This document shows, one piece after another, positions 1-12,567 of a stretch of 64,000 nt of DNA (position 1 is the stretch's first letter; the number at the start of each line of letters is the position of its first letter). Origin of the DNA: Azolla caroliniana (taxonomy: Eukaryota; Plantae; Polypodiophyta); contig JBHGNT010000021.1 of assembly GCA_043228905.1 (NCBI GenBank), positions 11,284,001 to 11,348,000 on the forward strand, given 5' to 3'. Below the pieces are notes generated by a model, which was given only the letters and a program-made list of their open reading frames with translations, ran no database searches and had not been told where the DNA came from. Position numbers and translations under genes: made by a program.

Positions 1-18
1 GGAGATGGGTTCTATAAA

Positions 19-582
19 ATGGACGAAGAAAGTATCGTCAACATCCGGGAAGAACTGTCGGAGGATTTCTATGCTCTAGCAGAAGAACATCTCAAGGAAA
101 TCCGAGGGTTAGTAGAGAGGTTGGATGACGGACAGCTCGAAACCCAACTAGAATTGGAAGGGTACGAGAAGGACCGACTGCGACAGGAAGCCGAGGGACA
201 CACAACGCCGATCTCCATTAGTGAGGGCGAGCGACCGGCTGAAGAGGACCCAACCAACAATGTACCCGAGGAAGAACTTCCGGAGCAAGAGCAGGTTGAT
301 GCCGGGGATGATGCAGAGTGGAGACAGAGAAGTACCGAATCCGGGGAGGAAAGGACACAACCAGTGGAAACCGGAGAGAGCGATACCGGGAACGGAACGG
401 AGGTGGAGCAGGACAGACCCGGACAGGATACAGAAGAAACACCGGTACCACCGGTACAAGCAGAGTCGGAGCAGCAAGATGCGAAAAGGCAGCCAATCCA
501 ATCGGACGTCGGAGACGGCACAGGCAAAACAACACTTGAAACCTCGGAGCGGAGTTTGCCTGATAATTTGGAGGAAGACTGA
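19..582 (+). CDS. C-terminal part of the long extra 3' ORF of a Gypsy element related to F (5' part outside window)
   Basis: GDGFYKMDEESIVNIREELSEDFYALAEEH..LVERLDDGQLE aligns with GDKVYILDKESIEAIKEELADDFISLVDEQ..LVAQLDDD in F. Both end LEE(D/E)* followed by the same 3' segment and an LTR. The frame is open from base 1. Confidence 0.8.
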   Translation: MDEESIVNIREELSEDFYALAEEHLKEIRGLVERLDDGQLETQLELEGYEKDRLRQEAEGHTTPISISEGERPAEEDPTNNVPEEELPEQEQVDAGDDAEWRQRSTESGEERTQPVETGESDTGNGTEVEQDRPGQDTEETPVPPVQAESEQQDAKRQPIQSDVGDGTGKTTLETSERSLPDNLEED

Positions 583-632
583 AGCCGGCTGTGGGTTCGA
601 AGTGCAATGCACTTTCCCACGGGCGTGCCATG

Positions 633-1003
633 TGTTGGCCGGTCAGAGAAGGCAAATGGGAAAGCAAGGTCGGATAGGATAAATATAGAAATAGGAATAG
701 AATTATTAGGAGGGACGGATCCGGTAGTTGTAACCGATCCGGATCCGAACCGATTCGGTTTCGGTTAACGGTTGCCTACCGAGCACCGATTGTAATCTGG
801 CCGGATGCCTATAAAAGGATCCGATGTTTTGTAATGAAAGCGCGAAGAATTAATATAGTTTTGCTTATGCTGATTAATCTTGTCTTCGTCTGTGCTTAAG
901 TGTAATTATCATACGCGTGTATTAACATCCTATCCCTACCACCCCTTTGGAGAAGTGTCGGATAGACACCTGTGTTGCGGCTAGTCCAGCCATACATACA
1001 ACA
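633..1003 (+). repeat. 3' LTR of an F-related Gypsy element
   Basis: TGTT...AACA ends and a TATAAAAG box near 810. The 3' part CACCCCTTTGGAGAAGTGTC..GACACC matches the F LTR, and the upstream CCCACGGGCGTG.CATG junction is the same as in F. Confidence 0.8.
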
Positions 1004-1305
1004 ACTATAAAAGAGGAGGGGAAAAAGATGAAAGGGTAATGTAAAATTTTTGGGAGCTTTGTACTTGATAGGAAAATTAAAATTAAAAGTAAGAAATTCG
1101 TTATCCAATTGATGATATATCTTGTCTCTCAAAATCTCTCTCACAATCTAAAATCAAGTGTTCTATCTTATCTCGATCTCTCCCTTTCAATATATCTTAA
1201 ATCCTTTCTCACTAAAGCTAGCGCCAACTTCGAGTGCTTCCGGTCCAGAACCTCGGCGGTTCCGCCTCATGATCCGCGCGTAGTGACAGACGAATCTTCA
1301 CGACA
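1004..1305 (+). repeat. 3' part of an LTR ending CACGACA (TGTCG..CGACA group), interrupted by the 633-1003 element and inserted in a Copia protease motif
   Basis: TATA box near 1006; ends TCTTCACGACA. The Copia frame DVWFVDSG breaks exactly at 1305/1306. Confidence 0.65.
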
Positions 1306-2949
1306 CCAGAATCGACGAACCATACGTCTTCTGGACCGGAGGCACTAGTGGAAGTAGAGGCCGACATAGAATTCGCTCTATGTCTCATCACGAACATTCC
1401 GATGCGATCATCATAATCGGAGTTGATGGCGTAATTGGTGAGTTGTCGGCTAGTGGAAGCCGATTCACGTATCTTCTTACGGCATTCTTCTTCGTGGTGA
1501 CCGATTTTTCCGCAATATCCGCATTCGACCGAGCTTTGTCGGTTCGGACCGGAATGGAAGCTCCCCCTTCTTCCGAAGGTTCCTCGATAGCTTCCATCTT
1601 GATGCCGAAATTGCAAGTTGTTTTCGTAAATTGGCCCTTGTCCATCTCGTCCTTGGCCGAATCTGCCTCTTCTTGCACGGTCGCGTCCTCTTCCTCTGTC
1701 CAAATGCGTGTAGAGCATTTGGCCTTCTGAGGCATTGTTCCTTGTTCGAACATGATTCTCTTCAACCAACAACATGGATTGAAGATCAAAGAAGGAGGGC
1801 AGATTCTCCCGTGCTAGTACGGCGGTCCGCATCGCACCGAATCGTGGTGCAAGGCCGTCGAGGCATATTTGCACCATCTCATCATCATCCACATTGGCGC
1901 TTATCAAGCCGAGCGAGTCGCAAAGCTCCTTGATCTTCAAGGTGTAGGTTGTAATGAACATATCCCGTTGTTGAATGTTATTCAATTCTTGGCAGAGTTG
2001 AAGCTTTCTCGCAGTCATGTTGGCGGCGAAAATCTTTCGTAGATTCTCCCACGCTTCCTTCGGTGTCTCGGCTTCTCGAATGTAGCCGAGCATGTGGTCA
2101 TGAACACATGTCGCCAATAAATACATCACTCGGCTTGCCGCTTGCTCCCACGTTGCATAGTCGGCGTCTTCCGGCTTGGGTCGGTTTTCTTGTGCTCCCT
2201 TGATGTAACCCCAATAGCCTTGGTCGACAAGGTATTGGTGCATCTTGTACTCCCAAGATGCGAAGTTGTTTCAATCCAACTTCTCGCTAGGGAGAGCGCT
2301 CCCCATTTGAGTATTCATTGTCGATTAAGCTTCCTTTCTTCTTTTCCATCTCTCTCGAACACAAGCTATGTAGTGGTACTACGATAGCGATGAGCCGGTT
2401 CTTCTTGAACGTCAGCGTAGAGCACAACACACGATCACGATGAGGCGAGTGGGCTAGATTGAGCTACCAAATCGCTCTAATACCATGTAAAGAATCAATG
2501 GTGATTCTTGTGTAGCAGAATAGATGTGTGTTATGTGCGTATATGTGTGAGAGAAAAAGACTGGAGAGAAAAGAGGACTCAAGATAGATAAATGATAGGA
2601 AAATAGAATACTCAAGAAGAAGGTGTATATTTCACAAGTAGAATGAGATTTACAAAGTGTAGCATAACAAGGAGTCACAACCGACTTAGTATGAAGTATG
2701 AGGAGGGTGCTTTATATAGAGTCACCCTCTCTCTTCATTAACTTTACAACAAACACTCTCTCTCTTGGGGAATGTGAAGACTCAAGTCATGGAGAATATG
2801 TAACTCATTAGTTATGTGTCATAGAATATGATTCTATGACACATAGTTAATGTGTAGAGAGTAGTGGTGTGACTCTTGACTTTTGAGTAATCATGGATTC
2901 TCAAAAGGTGTGTTCACACGTTATGCTATGTTGAGCTTGATTCTCAACA
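1306..2949 (-). mobile_element. 5' portion of a Ty1/Copia element (LTR 2486-2949, Met-type PBS 2474-2485, gag with zinc knuckle, start of protease)
   Basis: LTR termini TGTTGAGAATC/GATTCTTTACA; PBS TGGTATTAGAGC. The ORF carries Copia gag, CGYCGKIGHHEEEC and WFVDSG. Confidence 0.9.
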
Positions 2950-5900
2950 CTTCTCCATTCTGTTCTTTCTTATCACCTGAGTAAGGTTTCATGACAAAGG
3001 ACAATTCACCTTCCTTGTCCTCTTTCAAGGAACAATTCACGTGCATATCCAACACATGAGTCTCAAGAGCTTTGTAAGATTTTCGAAGCTCAGAAAGCTA
3101 AGTCAAGGTGGAATTAAGGACATGTTGTATTTGATGAAAATATGCCTCAACAGTCTTAAATGTGGTAGTTGTGCCATGGGCATAGTATCACATTCCATGT
3201 CAATCTCATTAATTTGCACCAAAGGATTGACAACTTTGGGAACTTATGCGAAAAACACAATAGTGTTTCGGCAACATCGTTAGATAAAAAATCTCATGTC
3301 CATATCCCTTTATGTTGGGAAGCAGGTCCGTCCGGATGGGATCCGGATGGATCCGGCGTGAACCGGATCCAGGGACATATATTATGTAAATATGTTTTTA
3401 TTGTGACGTACGACTTTGCCCTCCCCGCTAACCACGTGTCAATGTGCCTCTACGGAAGGAACATTGTCCTGGCCATATTTGTAAATAGTACTAAACTCAA
3501 ATAAGTATAAATATGACTTAGGGCAACCACTTGATTGTGATGAAGAGTTGCTATTATTTGTATAGAGAGAGAGACACAGAGAGCAAGTACGAAACATGAA
3601 GGATTTTCTGTTGTAACCGCCGGTTGGTGAAGACATAGAGCTCAAGGTCATTGCTTTAGAGTCTCGCATTGTACCCTTCCTCTCATAGTGATAGTTTGGA
3701 GTCTGTGGACTCCAAACCTATTAGGGTGTTCCATGTTAACACCTTGTGTCGTCTTATTTCTGTTGTCTTGCCTTTTCCATTGCGAGTTTGAGACTTGGTT
3801 GTGGCCGAGCACTAGTCCGCACAAACTGGTACCAAAGCAAAGGTTCTAAACCTTGAACAAAATGGAAGAGTCATTCGGAAGCATGTTCAAGTTCACCAGC
3901 TCCAACTATCCAGTGTGGAAGTCGAAGATGAGGGACGTGCTCGTGGTCAAAGATCTCTGGCTGCCGGTACATTTCAGGGACAAGAAACTCGAAGAGATCG
4001 ATGCCACGACATGGGAGGTGATGCATATGAAGGAGATGACATACATTAGATGCTTCATCTACATGAGCCTATATAACAACATCAATGAAGAAATCAAGAC
4101 TCATGTGCTCTGGGAGAAAATCAGTACTATGATGGAGAGTAAAAACATCGTAAATCGAGTTTTAGTATTCCGGAAGTTAGTGAGACTCCGGTACCAAGAC
4201 GGATCCAGCATTGTGGAGCACATGAATGCTTTTCAGGGGCTTATAAATCAAGGAAGCTACCTGGAAATACCTGTAGCTGACGAGGTACTTGCGTTGCTCC
4301 AGCTCGGTTCCCTCCTGGATAGTTGGGAGACACTAGTTGTCACTTTGGGCAACGCCGAGTTGGAAGGAAAGTTGTTCACTAGCAAGGATAAAATCAAGCT
4401 TTTTGGATGAAGAAGCTCGCTGGATGGACTGGGAGTCTGGAACCGATCCAAAGGCCCTAGTCACGGAAGATGACCATAACCGGGGAAGAGGCTAGAATCG
4501 GAGTCCCCAAAACCGGGACAAATCAGGGACGAGGTCAAAGTCAAGGGGGAGGCCCACTTGCTTTTATTGTGCAAAGTCATGGCACTTCCAGAAGAATTGA
4601 CGACACTTCCAGAAAACCAAAGGGGGAGTCGAGATTCCAGAACCGAAGAAGATTTCGGAAAGGAGATGAACGTCGGCGATGGCGACAAGTGAAGAATAAT
4701 TGCTCCTAATCATCGAGGAGAGTGAGCTGCATCTTGTCAGCAACGAAACGACATGGGGGGTCGACTCCTTAGCGTCGTTCCACCTAACTCCCGACCGGAA
4801 GTGTTTCTCATCGTATAGAGCCGGAGATCACAGTTCTGTCCAGATGGGAAATTGTAAAAGTTAGTGTGCAGAAGCTTGACAAAACTGGTTTAACCGGGTA
4901 GTAGCAGAGAATAAAAACATAGGTCCAATGGAAGCTTGAGAGTATTTAGCATACACGGGAGAGTCAGAGAGACAGACAGAGCAGAACATCAACTCTATTA
5001 AAAAAAACATAACACTCTGTATCACTCTACTATACAACGTGCAAAACATCACTATTTATACATGTCCTCAAAAGGACTGACAAAAGTACTATGTACTTCA
5101 ATGGTCATACGAGTGGCTAACAGTAACTATGAGGACTCTGACTACCCAGTAGTCTAGAAGTATAGGCTACTACTAGCCTTCCGGTTCACATTTGAATCCG
5201 GCTCACTGATCTAGCTCCTGGTTCCAGATACCATCTGGACACCAATCCTGCTCTAGCTTGTTCACCCGATCCAGATACAGTGGAGCTTTCTCGCTCAACA
5301 CTCCCCCTCAAGCTCAACTTCAGGTTGGATCGTGGTGTCAGTGTCTGCAATAGCCGGTCCTTTCCTCCGACTCCTTCTGACGTCCTCCCGCCTTGCTCGC
5401 GCTCCTCATCTGGTCCGATTTTGCTTCCCACGACCCATCCGGTTCTACGCACCTCGTTATCCTTGGTCAGCTTTTCTGCTCAACAAGCTCATCTCAGCTT
5501 CTTCGGTGGTATGACTCTGGTGCTTGTCGACCCATCGGTTCCTCCATGTTGGTGTCAACTTCTGCTGACTTCTCGTCCGCTTGGCCTTTAGTTGATCCAT
5601 CTTTTCTGAATGCAACTATTGAACCGAATCGACTTCCTCTGATTCGTTCCAGCTCTTGTCCAAGTTGGTGGTCTCCAACTCGTCTTCCATTTTTAGGCCC
5701 TTCACCACATCAGACCATGTCTGGGTTCTTCGCCTTCTTCCGCGGCTCGACTTCCTTTATCTGCTCATCTCCCCCCTTGGTTCTTTATTCCTCTCCGGCT
5801 CCTTGTCCGGTACCATCCATTCCCGTTCCTGTTCTCCCCCTCAAGTGTGGTACATCAGGATGTTGAATGTCGAGCATCTCCCAAAAATGTTGCAACTTGT

Positions 5901-6934
5901 CCGATCCGAGTGGCTTGATGAAGATGTCGGCAACCTACCGATCCGTGTGAACATACCAAAGTTCAACTTCACCGCTTAGGACCCGCTCACGAACAAACTG
6001 ATCATGCACTTCTATGTGCTTTGTCCGAGCAAGGAATACAGGGTTCTTGGCAAGCTGTATGCTACTTATGTTGTCACAATAAATTAGGATTGGGGTCGGC
6101 ACCTCGATCCGAAGGTCTCGCAGCAGTCGCCGAAGCTAGATGGCTCCTAAGTTGGCAATGGTAGCGCCCTGGTACTCAACAAAGCCACTGTTGGCTTCTT
6201 TTTGTTGCTCCATGCAACAGCCACGCTACCAAGAAAAAACATGTAACTGGAGGTAGATAAGCGATCCGATGCATCACCAACCTAGTAGGCATCGGTATAT
6301 CTGTTGAGCGTCATGCTCAACCGGAGCCGGATTGGCTGAATAAGCCTGAGCCGGTAAGCGAGATGAATCGGTATGCCGGTGAGCAACCGAGCATGTAAGT
6401 AGTAAGGACCGGTAAGCAAGAGGAGCCGATATGCCGGATCCAATCCGTAACCGGAAGCCTAGTATAGGTTAGACTACTAGGCAGTTATAGTCTTGTAGTT
6501 AGTGTCAGATGCTCGTGTGAGCATTGAAGTACACCGTACTTCTAACAGTCCCGTGTGAACTTGTATAAATAGTGCTGATGAGCGCGTTGTAGATACAGAG
6601 CACAGAGTATTAATATAATCTTGAAAAATAGAGTGTTTTGCTCTCTCACTCTCTGTCTCTCCCGCGTACTCTCTTTCTCTCTCTCTGTATTGTTCTTTCT
6701 AACGCTACGCAAATTGGCATGCCGCTATGGAGGATGAAATGCGGGCACTGGATGCCAATGGAACTTGGGACCTGGTTGACCCTCCCCATCACTATAAACC
6801 GATCGGATGCAAGTGGGTGTACAAGGTAAAGTACAATGCCGACGGTACAGTTAACCGGTACAAGGCCCGGTGTCGTGAAGGATTTGCTTCACGATATAAA
6901 AATAAACTTGAATATTGTATTAAGTAACATTTGA

Positions 6935-6989
6935 GAGACTTGAACCCGTAACCTCACACACCAAGGATAAAGCATATACCATTAGGATA
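6935..6989 (-). promoter_or_regulatory. tRNA-like Pol III A-box/B-box module, antisense in D LTR U3 (copies near 9867-9921 and 30934-30988)
   Basis: Minus strand TATCCTAATGGTA...AGGTTACGGGTTCAAGTCTC with tRNA-like box spacing. Confidence 0.55.
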
Positions 6990-7715
6990 AGTTATTTTCT
7001 ATAATTATATTTTTATCACAATACTTATGACATGTCTATCTTCATACATTAGAGCTTAGATGAGCATGATGGCTATCATGCATCACATGTAAAGCATGTG
7101 CCCCAAATGGAAATCATGCATCACATGCATCCCATGCACCCCCATATCATCATATGCATGAGAGAACCTATAAAGAGAGGCAAGGAATTAAGGGATGGAT
7201 CAAGGGGAAAATAGGGTAATCAATCAAGAGAGAGTGAGAAAATAATACAATCAAGTAAAGAAGATTAGCCATTGGGTGGAGAACGTCTTGTTTCGAAGTT
7301 GAGGTCATGGGTTCAAATCAAGGGTCGGTAGAGAATGTGTTCAGTTTGCGATCAAGGATTGTAAAGTTGGTAAAATGTTATATTTTTAATATACATCATG
7401 TTTATATCATATACTCTTGTTCCTTGATTCATACTTTGTGTCAATCTTCCTTCTTAAATCATATTTTGTGTCTATCTTGCTTCTTGAATCATATATTGTC
7501 TCTATCTTCTATCTATTCTCATCTCTCTCACACACACACATTACTCGCAACTCTTCTTCTTGCTACTCTTAACCTTTCTACATCACCATACAAGCCTTAT
7601 TAAAATTTAAGTTCCTTCAACTCCCCTTAACCTTCGTCCCTGCGACTTCGCCGCACGAACCACAACTACCCCGACACATTTGGTGAACCCGACGTGAAGG
7701 CGGCGACGAGGAGAA

Positions 7716-9764
7716 ATGGAGGAGCAAATGAGGCTTATGTGTACGATGATGGAACGAGTGATGCGGGAACAAGGGATGATGGCAAGCATCGACAAAGTCG
7801 TTGACAATATTCTCGCACGAGTAGGAATCTTCGAAGGTATAAATTTAACAAGATTTCTGAAGATTTATAATGAAGAAATGCTTAAACGTGGTATCGACGA
7901 AGCTGCAAAAATTAATAGCTTTAGTCGAGTCGCTGCGATTGGGCTACAAGAAAGGATCCATGAGCTACAGAGGGAACATCAGACATGGGCGACTTTCGAA
8001 AGAGCATGGCTAAATGAATACAACCTCAACGATATGTCAAGGATGACAAGGCGAACTTTCATGGATTGGGTAGAGTCTTATAAACATTTAAGTGTTTTGG
8101 AAGTATTAAAAGAGTTTTCGGAAAGATTTGAGCAACTAAATGTTAGAGATAGAAATATAATAGTGCCAGATAAAGTAATATTGTTTCTACAAGCTACTAA
8201 TATTAAAGACAGGAAGGACTTGGGAATGCTTTTAGAAGATTAGAATAGTCCAAGTGGACTTACTGAAGATTGGGAGGAGGTGAAAAGGGCCTGCGCCCAT
8301 TTCTGCAAAAGAAAGTTATGGTTTATGGAGTTGCCCGACAGAAATGATGAAGAAACTGGGAACGAGTCAGGAGAAAAGAAAGTAGAAGAATCACTCTTAC
8401 ACGAATTGGTGAAAGGCATGAAAGACTTGTCGATCAAAGTGACGAAGCTAGAATCGGGACAAAGCTCGACTTCATCAAGGCAGGGAGGTGGAATGGTCCG
8501 AAGGTGTATGTGGTGTGATAGTATCGACCACCAAAAGAAAAACTGTCAAGAACATAGGAATTCTCTTAATCATGATAAAATCTACTATCAAGATGGAAAG
8601 ATTCACTCGACAAAGACTCAACAACCAATCCAGCTCAACTTCGGGAAAGGTGGAATGAAAAAGCTAATGGAAGATGCTGAGAGAGAAACAACTCAAGCGA
8701 TACAATCCGTGACAACCTTAGGGTTGCGTGTAGAAGACTCATATGGTGGATCTAGTTTTTGGCAAGGTGTGATGGAGTATGCAAGAAAAGGGAAGGTTCA
8801 AGTGAAGGAATTAAAAAGCGTGGGTGATGAAATACGGAACTTCACTGGATGGAATGATCCAGTAGACACACTATCAGCATTTGCCCAAGTGAATGTACAA
8901 TATGCACTAGTGGAAGAGAAGCGAAAGAGAGCTGAGGAGGCTGATTCGGCAAAGAAATATGAGACAGAAAAACAACTTCAGAGAAGAGAGATGGAAAAGG
9001 ATGCTCTTGAGTCAAAAGAAGCTAATAAAGTCAAAGGGAAGATAGACCCAACTTTTAAGCTTGCTTCGGACACAGAAGCCACGACGGATATAAAACATGT
9101 CATGGAAGAAGTTACGAGAGAATGTGCAGCAACAAGTCTCCAAGATTTGGATCATGAATCCATCAATATTGCAGGTGTAAAGAAGATAAATGATGTTGGG
9201 ATTCATGAAGGGGATAGGAGTCATTATACAAAGAACCATTGGGCTCAAGCAACAACGGAGGCGCCTACAAAAATTACGGAGCAACAGATTCCTTGTATTG
9301 CTTTGATAGATCATGGATCAGAAATTAACATGATGTCGTCGGAATGTTGTGCTCAAGGAAGGTGGCCAATCGATAAGAATCATGGGTCGAAGAAAAGAGT
9401 TACAACAGAGATGATGGAGGATCAATTCGGAGCATGTCCCAGTGTGAAAGCAACAATGGGAGATGTGTTGGTGGATGAAAATTACTATGTGCAAGATGGA
9501 TCAACCTACCCTGTCATCCATGGTCAACCATACATCAGCGTAGTGAGTATGGAAACAAAGGATGGTGAACCATACATCAACGTAGTAAGGATGGAAAGAA
9601 CTGTGATTAATGATGATTCAACTTTCGCGAGGATCAAGAGTCAGGATGGAAGGAAGAGGGGCCATATCTTAACCATGATGCCTAACCATGAAAGAAACAA
9701 AGAATGCTTGAGGGGACATCCAGTTCAGAAACGGAATGAAGAGTTTTTCCAAGACTTTGGATGA
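7716..9764 (+). pseudogene. gag: Gag-protease of D with one in-frame TAG at 8241-8243
   Basis: ORFs 7716-8243 and 8280-9764 share a frame. CMWCDSIDHQKKNC knuckle and ALIDHGSEIN protease; colinear with the E gag-PR. Confidence 0.88.
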
Positions 9765-10197
9765 ACTTTGCACAACTAGTGTGCAAGTTCAGAGGGGGTG
9801 GGTGTCGTGAAGGATTTGATTCACGATATAAAAATAAACTTGAATATTGTATTAAGTAACATTTGAGAGACTTGAACCCGCAACCTCACACACCAAGGAT
9901 AAAGCATATACCATTAGGATAAGTTATTTTCTATAATTATATTTTTATCACAATACTTATGACATGTCTATCTTCATACATTAGAGCTTAGATGAGCATG
10001 ATGGCTATCATGCATCACATGTAAAGCATGTGCGCCAAATGGCAATCATGCATCACATGCATGCCATGCACCCCCATATCATCATATGCATGAGAGAACC
10101 TATAAAGAGAGGCAAGGAATTAAGGGATGGATCAAGGGGGAAATAGGGTACTCAATCAAGAGAGAGTGAGAAAATAATACAATCAAGTAAAGAAGAT

Positions 10198-10252
10198 TAG
10201 CTCATTGGGTGGAGAACGTCTCGTTTTGAAGTTGAGGTCGTGGGTTCAAATC
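10198..10252 (+). promoter_or_regulatory. Second, sense tRNA-like A/B-box module in the D LTR (copies 7266-7319 and ~31277-31330)
   Basis: TAGCTCATTGGGTGGAGAAC...AGGTCGTGGGTTCAAATC. Confidence 0.6.
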
Positions 10253-11352
10253 AAGGGTCGGTAGAGAATGTGTTCAGTTTGCGATCAAGGATTGTAAAGT
10301 TGGTAAAATGTTATATTTTTAATATACATCATGTTTATATCATATACTCTTGTTCCTTGATTCATACTTTGTCTCAATCTTCCTTCTTAAATCATATTTT
10401 GTGTCTATCTTGCTTCTTGAATCATATATTGTCTCTATCTTCTATCTATTCTCATCTCTCACACACACACACATTACTCGTAACTCTTCTTCTTGCTACT
10501 CTTAACCTTTCTAACATCACCATACAAGCCTTATTAAAATTTAAGTTCCTTCAACTCCCCTTAACCTTCGTCCCTGCGACTTCGCCGCACGAACCACAAC
10601 TACCCCGACACCAGTTACTGGTGAAGGTATATGCGCAGACCCATGGAATCGACTACGACGAGACCTTCACCCCTGTAGCGAAGATGACGACAGTTCGTGT
10701 GGTACTGGCGGTTGCTGCAGCAAGGGGGTGGCATCTTCATCAGATGGATGTGAAGAATGGCTTCCTTCAAGGAGATCTTGAAGAAGAAGTCTTTATGACT
10801 CAGTCCCCCGGATTTCAGTCGGAGATGAACAAGTTGGCGGTATGCCGACTGAGGAAGTCGTTGTAAGGCTTGAAGCAAGCCCCCCGTGCTTGGAATTCTA
10901 AGATCACGCACCGGTTGCGAAAGATGGGGTTTGTTGCCTCTAAGTCAAACTCTTCCCTGTTCATCCGTCAAGGCTGAAACGGTCCGGTGTGTATCTTACT
11001 CTATGTTGATGATTTAGTCATCACCGGCACAGGTCTTCCCGAAATCAACCGCATCAAGTCCCAGTTGTCAGACGCATTCGATATGAAGGACTTGGGGGAC
11101 CTTCATTATTTTTTGGGGATCGAGGTGATCTGCACCCTCGACGACATATTGCTTTCTCAACGCCATTATGTGTTGAATATGCTGTACAAGTTCGGCATGA
11201 CGGAATGTCGACCTGTCTCCACACCCCTGGACCGGAATCAAAAGATCCGTCCCAACTCCGGACCAGCCTGCGATGAGAAATGGTTCCGACAAATAGTCGG
11301 AAGCCTGATCTACTTGACCATCACCTGACCCGACATTAGCTATCCGGTCGGA

Positions 11353-12567
11353 GTGGTAAGCCAATTCATGCAGAAGCCGACCGTGGAGCATCTTCAGTGC
11401 GCGCAACGAATACTGAGGTATGTAATCAGCACTAAGGACCGGGGGCTCTTATATCGGCAAGGTAAAACCGAAGAGCTTGTCAGCCACACGGATGCCAACT
11501 GGGCTGGCGACACAACGGATCGTCGCTCAACCTCCGGCTTTATGTTTTCTCTTGGGAGCGCGGCTGTTGCATGGAGCAGCAAAAAGCAGCCAACAGTGGC
11601 TCTATCCAGCAGTGAGGCTGAATACCGGGGCGCGACCGTTGCCACCTGTGAAGCCATTTGGCTTCGGCGACTACTGCAAGACCTGCGGATCGAGGTACCG
11701 ACCCTGATCCTGATCTACTACGATAACCTCAACAGCATGCAGTTGGCCAAGAACCCTGTGTTCCATGCTCGCACAAAGCACATAGAAGTGCATTATCACT
11801 TCGTGCGTGAGCGGGTCCTGAGCGGTGAAGTTGAACTACAGTATGTTCACACAAATCGGCAAGTTGCCGACATCTTCACCAAGCCGCTCAGGTCGGACAA
11901 GTTGCAACTCTTTACCGAAATGCTTGGTGTTCAGCATCTCAACGTGCCGCACTTGAGGGGGAGACGCAAGGGCAAAGACACTACCGAAACCGGCAAAGGC
12001 AAAACTGTTGAACCCGTAGGTAAGAGAAGAACCGGTAGAGGTGGAGACAAGAAGAAAAATGAAGACAAGAAGAAAAATGAAGCCGAGTTCACGAAGGAAG
12101 TCGGCACATCCGAACAAGTCGGTGAACCGGCTGAAGAAGCCAAGGGAAGCACGGAGAAGACCAAGACCCGGACGTGGTCCGATGTGGTGAGAGGCCTAAA
12201 GCCTAAAATCAAATCAGAGGCAACCGATTCGGACAAGAGTTGGAACGAATCGGAGACAACCGATTCAGATCAACAGACGGATTTGGTTGAGTCGGATCAA
12301 CAAAAGGCCAAGGAGACACGGACGCAGTGGAAGTCGATGCCATCGCGGTGGAACCAACGGATTGGCAAGCACCGGAGTCATAGTAGCGAAGGAGCTGAGA
12401 TGGGCCTATTGAGCAGACATGCCGAAGGACGAGGCGCGCAGAACCAAAGGGGTCACGGCAAACGGAATCGGATCGGACAAGGAGCACGAGCAAGGCGAAG
12501 TGACACCAGGAGAAGTCGGTTGGATGAACCGTCTGCCACAAAGGTTGACACTACGACCCTACCTTAG
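11353..12567 (+). pseudogene. pol: Copia C RT C-terminus and RNase H with a ~200-aa charged C-terminal extension
   Basis: DANWAG..RRSTSG, ALSSSEAEY, HARTKHI and ADIFTK motifs, followed by a K/E-rich tail. Confidence 0.85.

Larger units (their letters stand above)
6871..10610 (+). mobile_element. Gypsy D, non-autonomous Gag-PR-only element; LTRs 6871-7676 and 9803-10610, tRNA-Trp PBS 7681-7698, PPT 9791-9802
   Basis: Near-identical LTRs TGTCG..CGACA; 4-bp TSD CCGG/CCAG splitting Copia KAR|L; PBS TGGTGAACCCGACGTGAA. Confidence 0.93.

Noticed and set aside
578-632. Hammerhead or HDV-like ribozyme
   Set aside because: No CUGANGA/GAAA core and no convincing nested double pseudoknot could be built by eye.
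1218-1305. C-terminus of the 341-aa ORF
   Set aside because: Read-through into an inserted LTR after WFVDSG; the same applies to junction ORFs such as 10240-10866.
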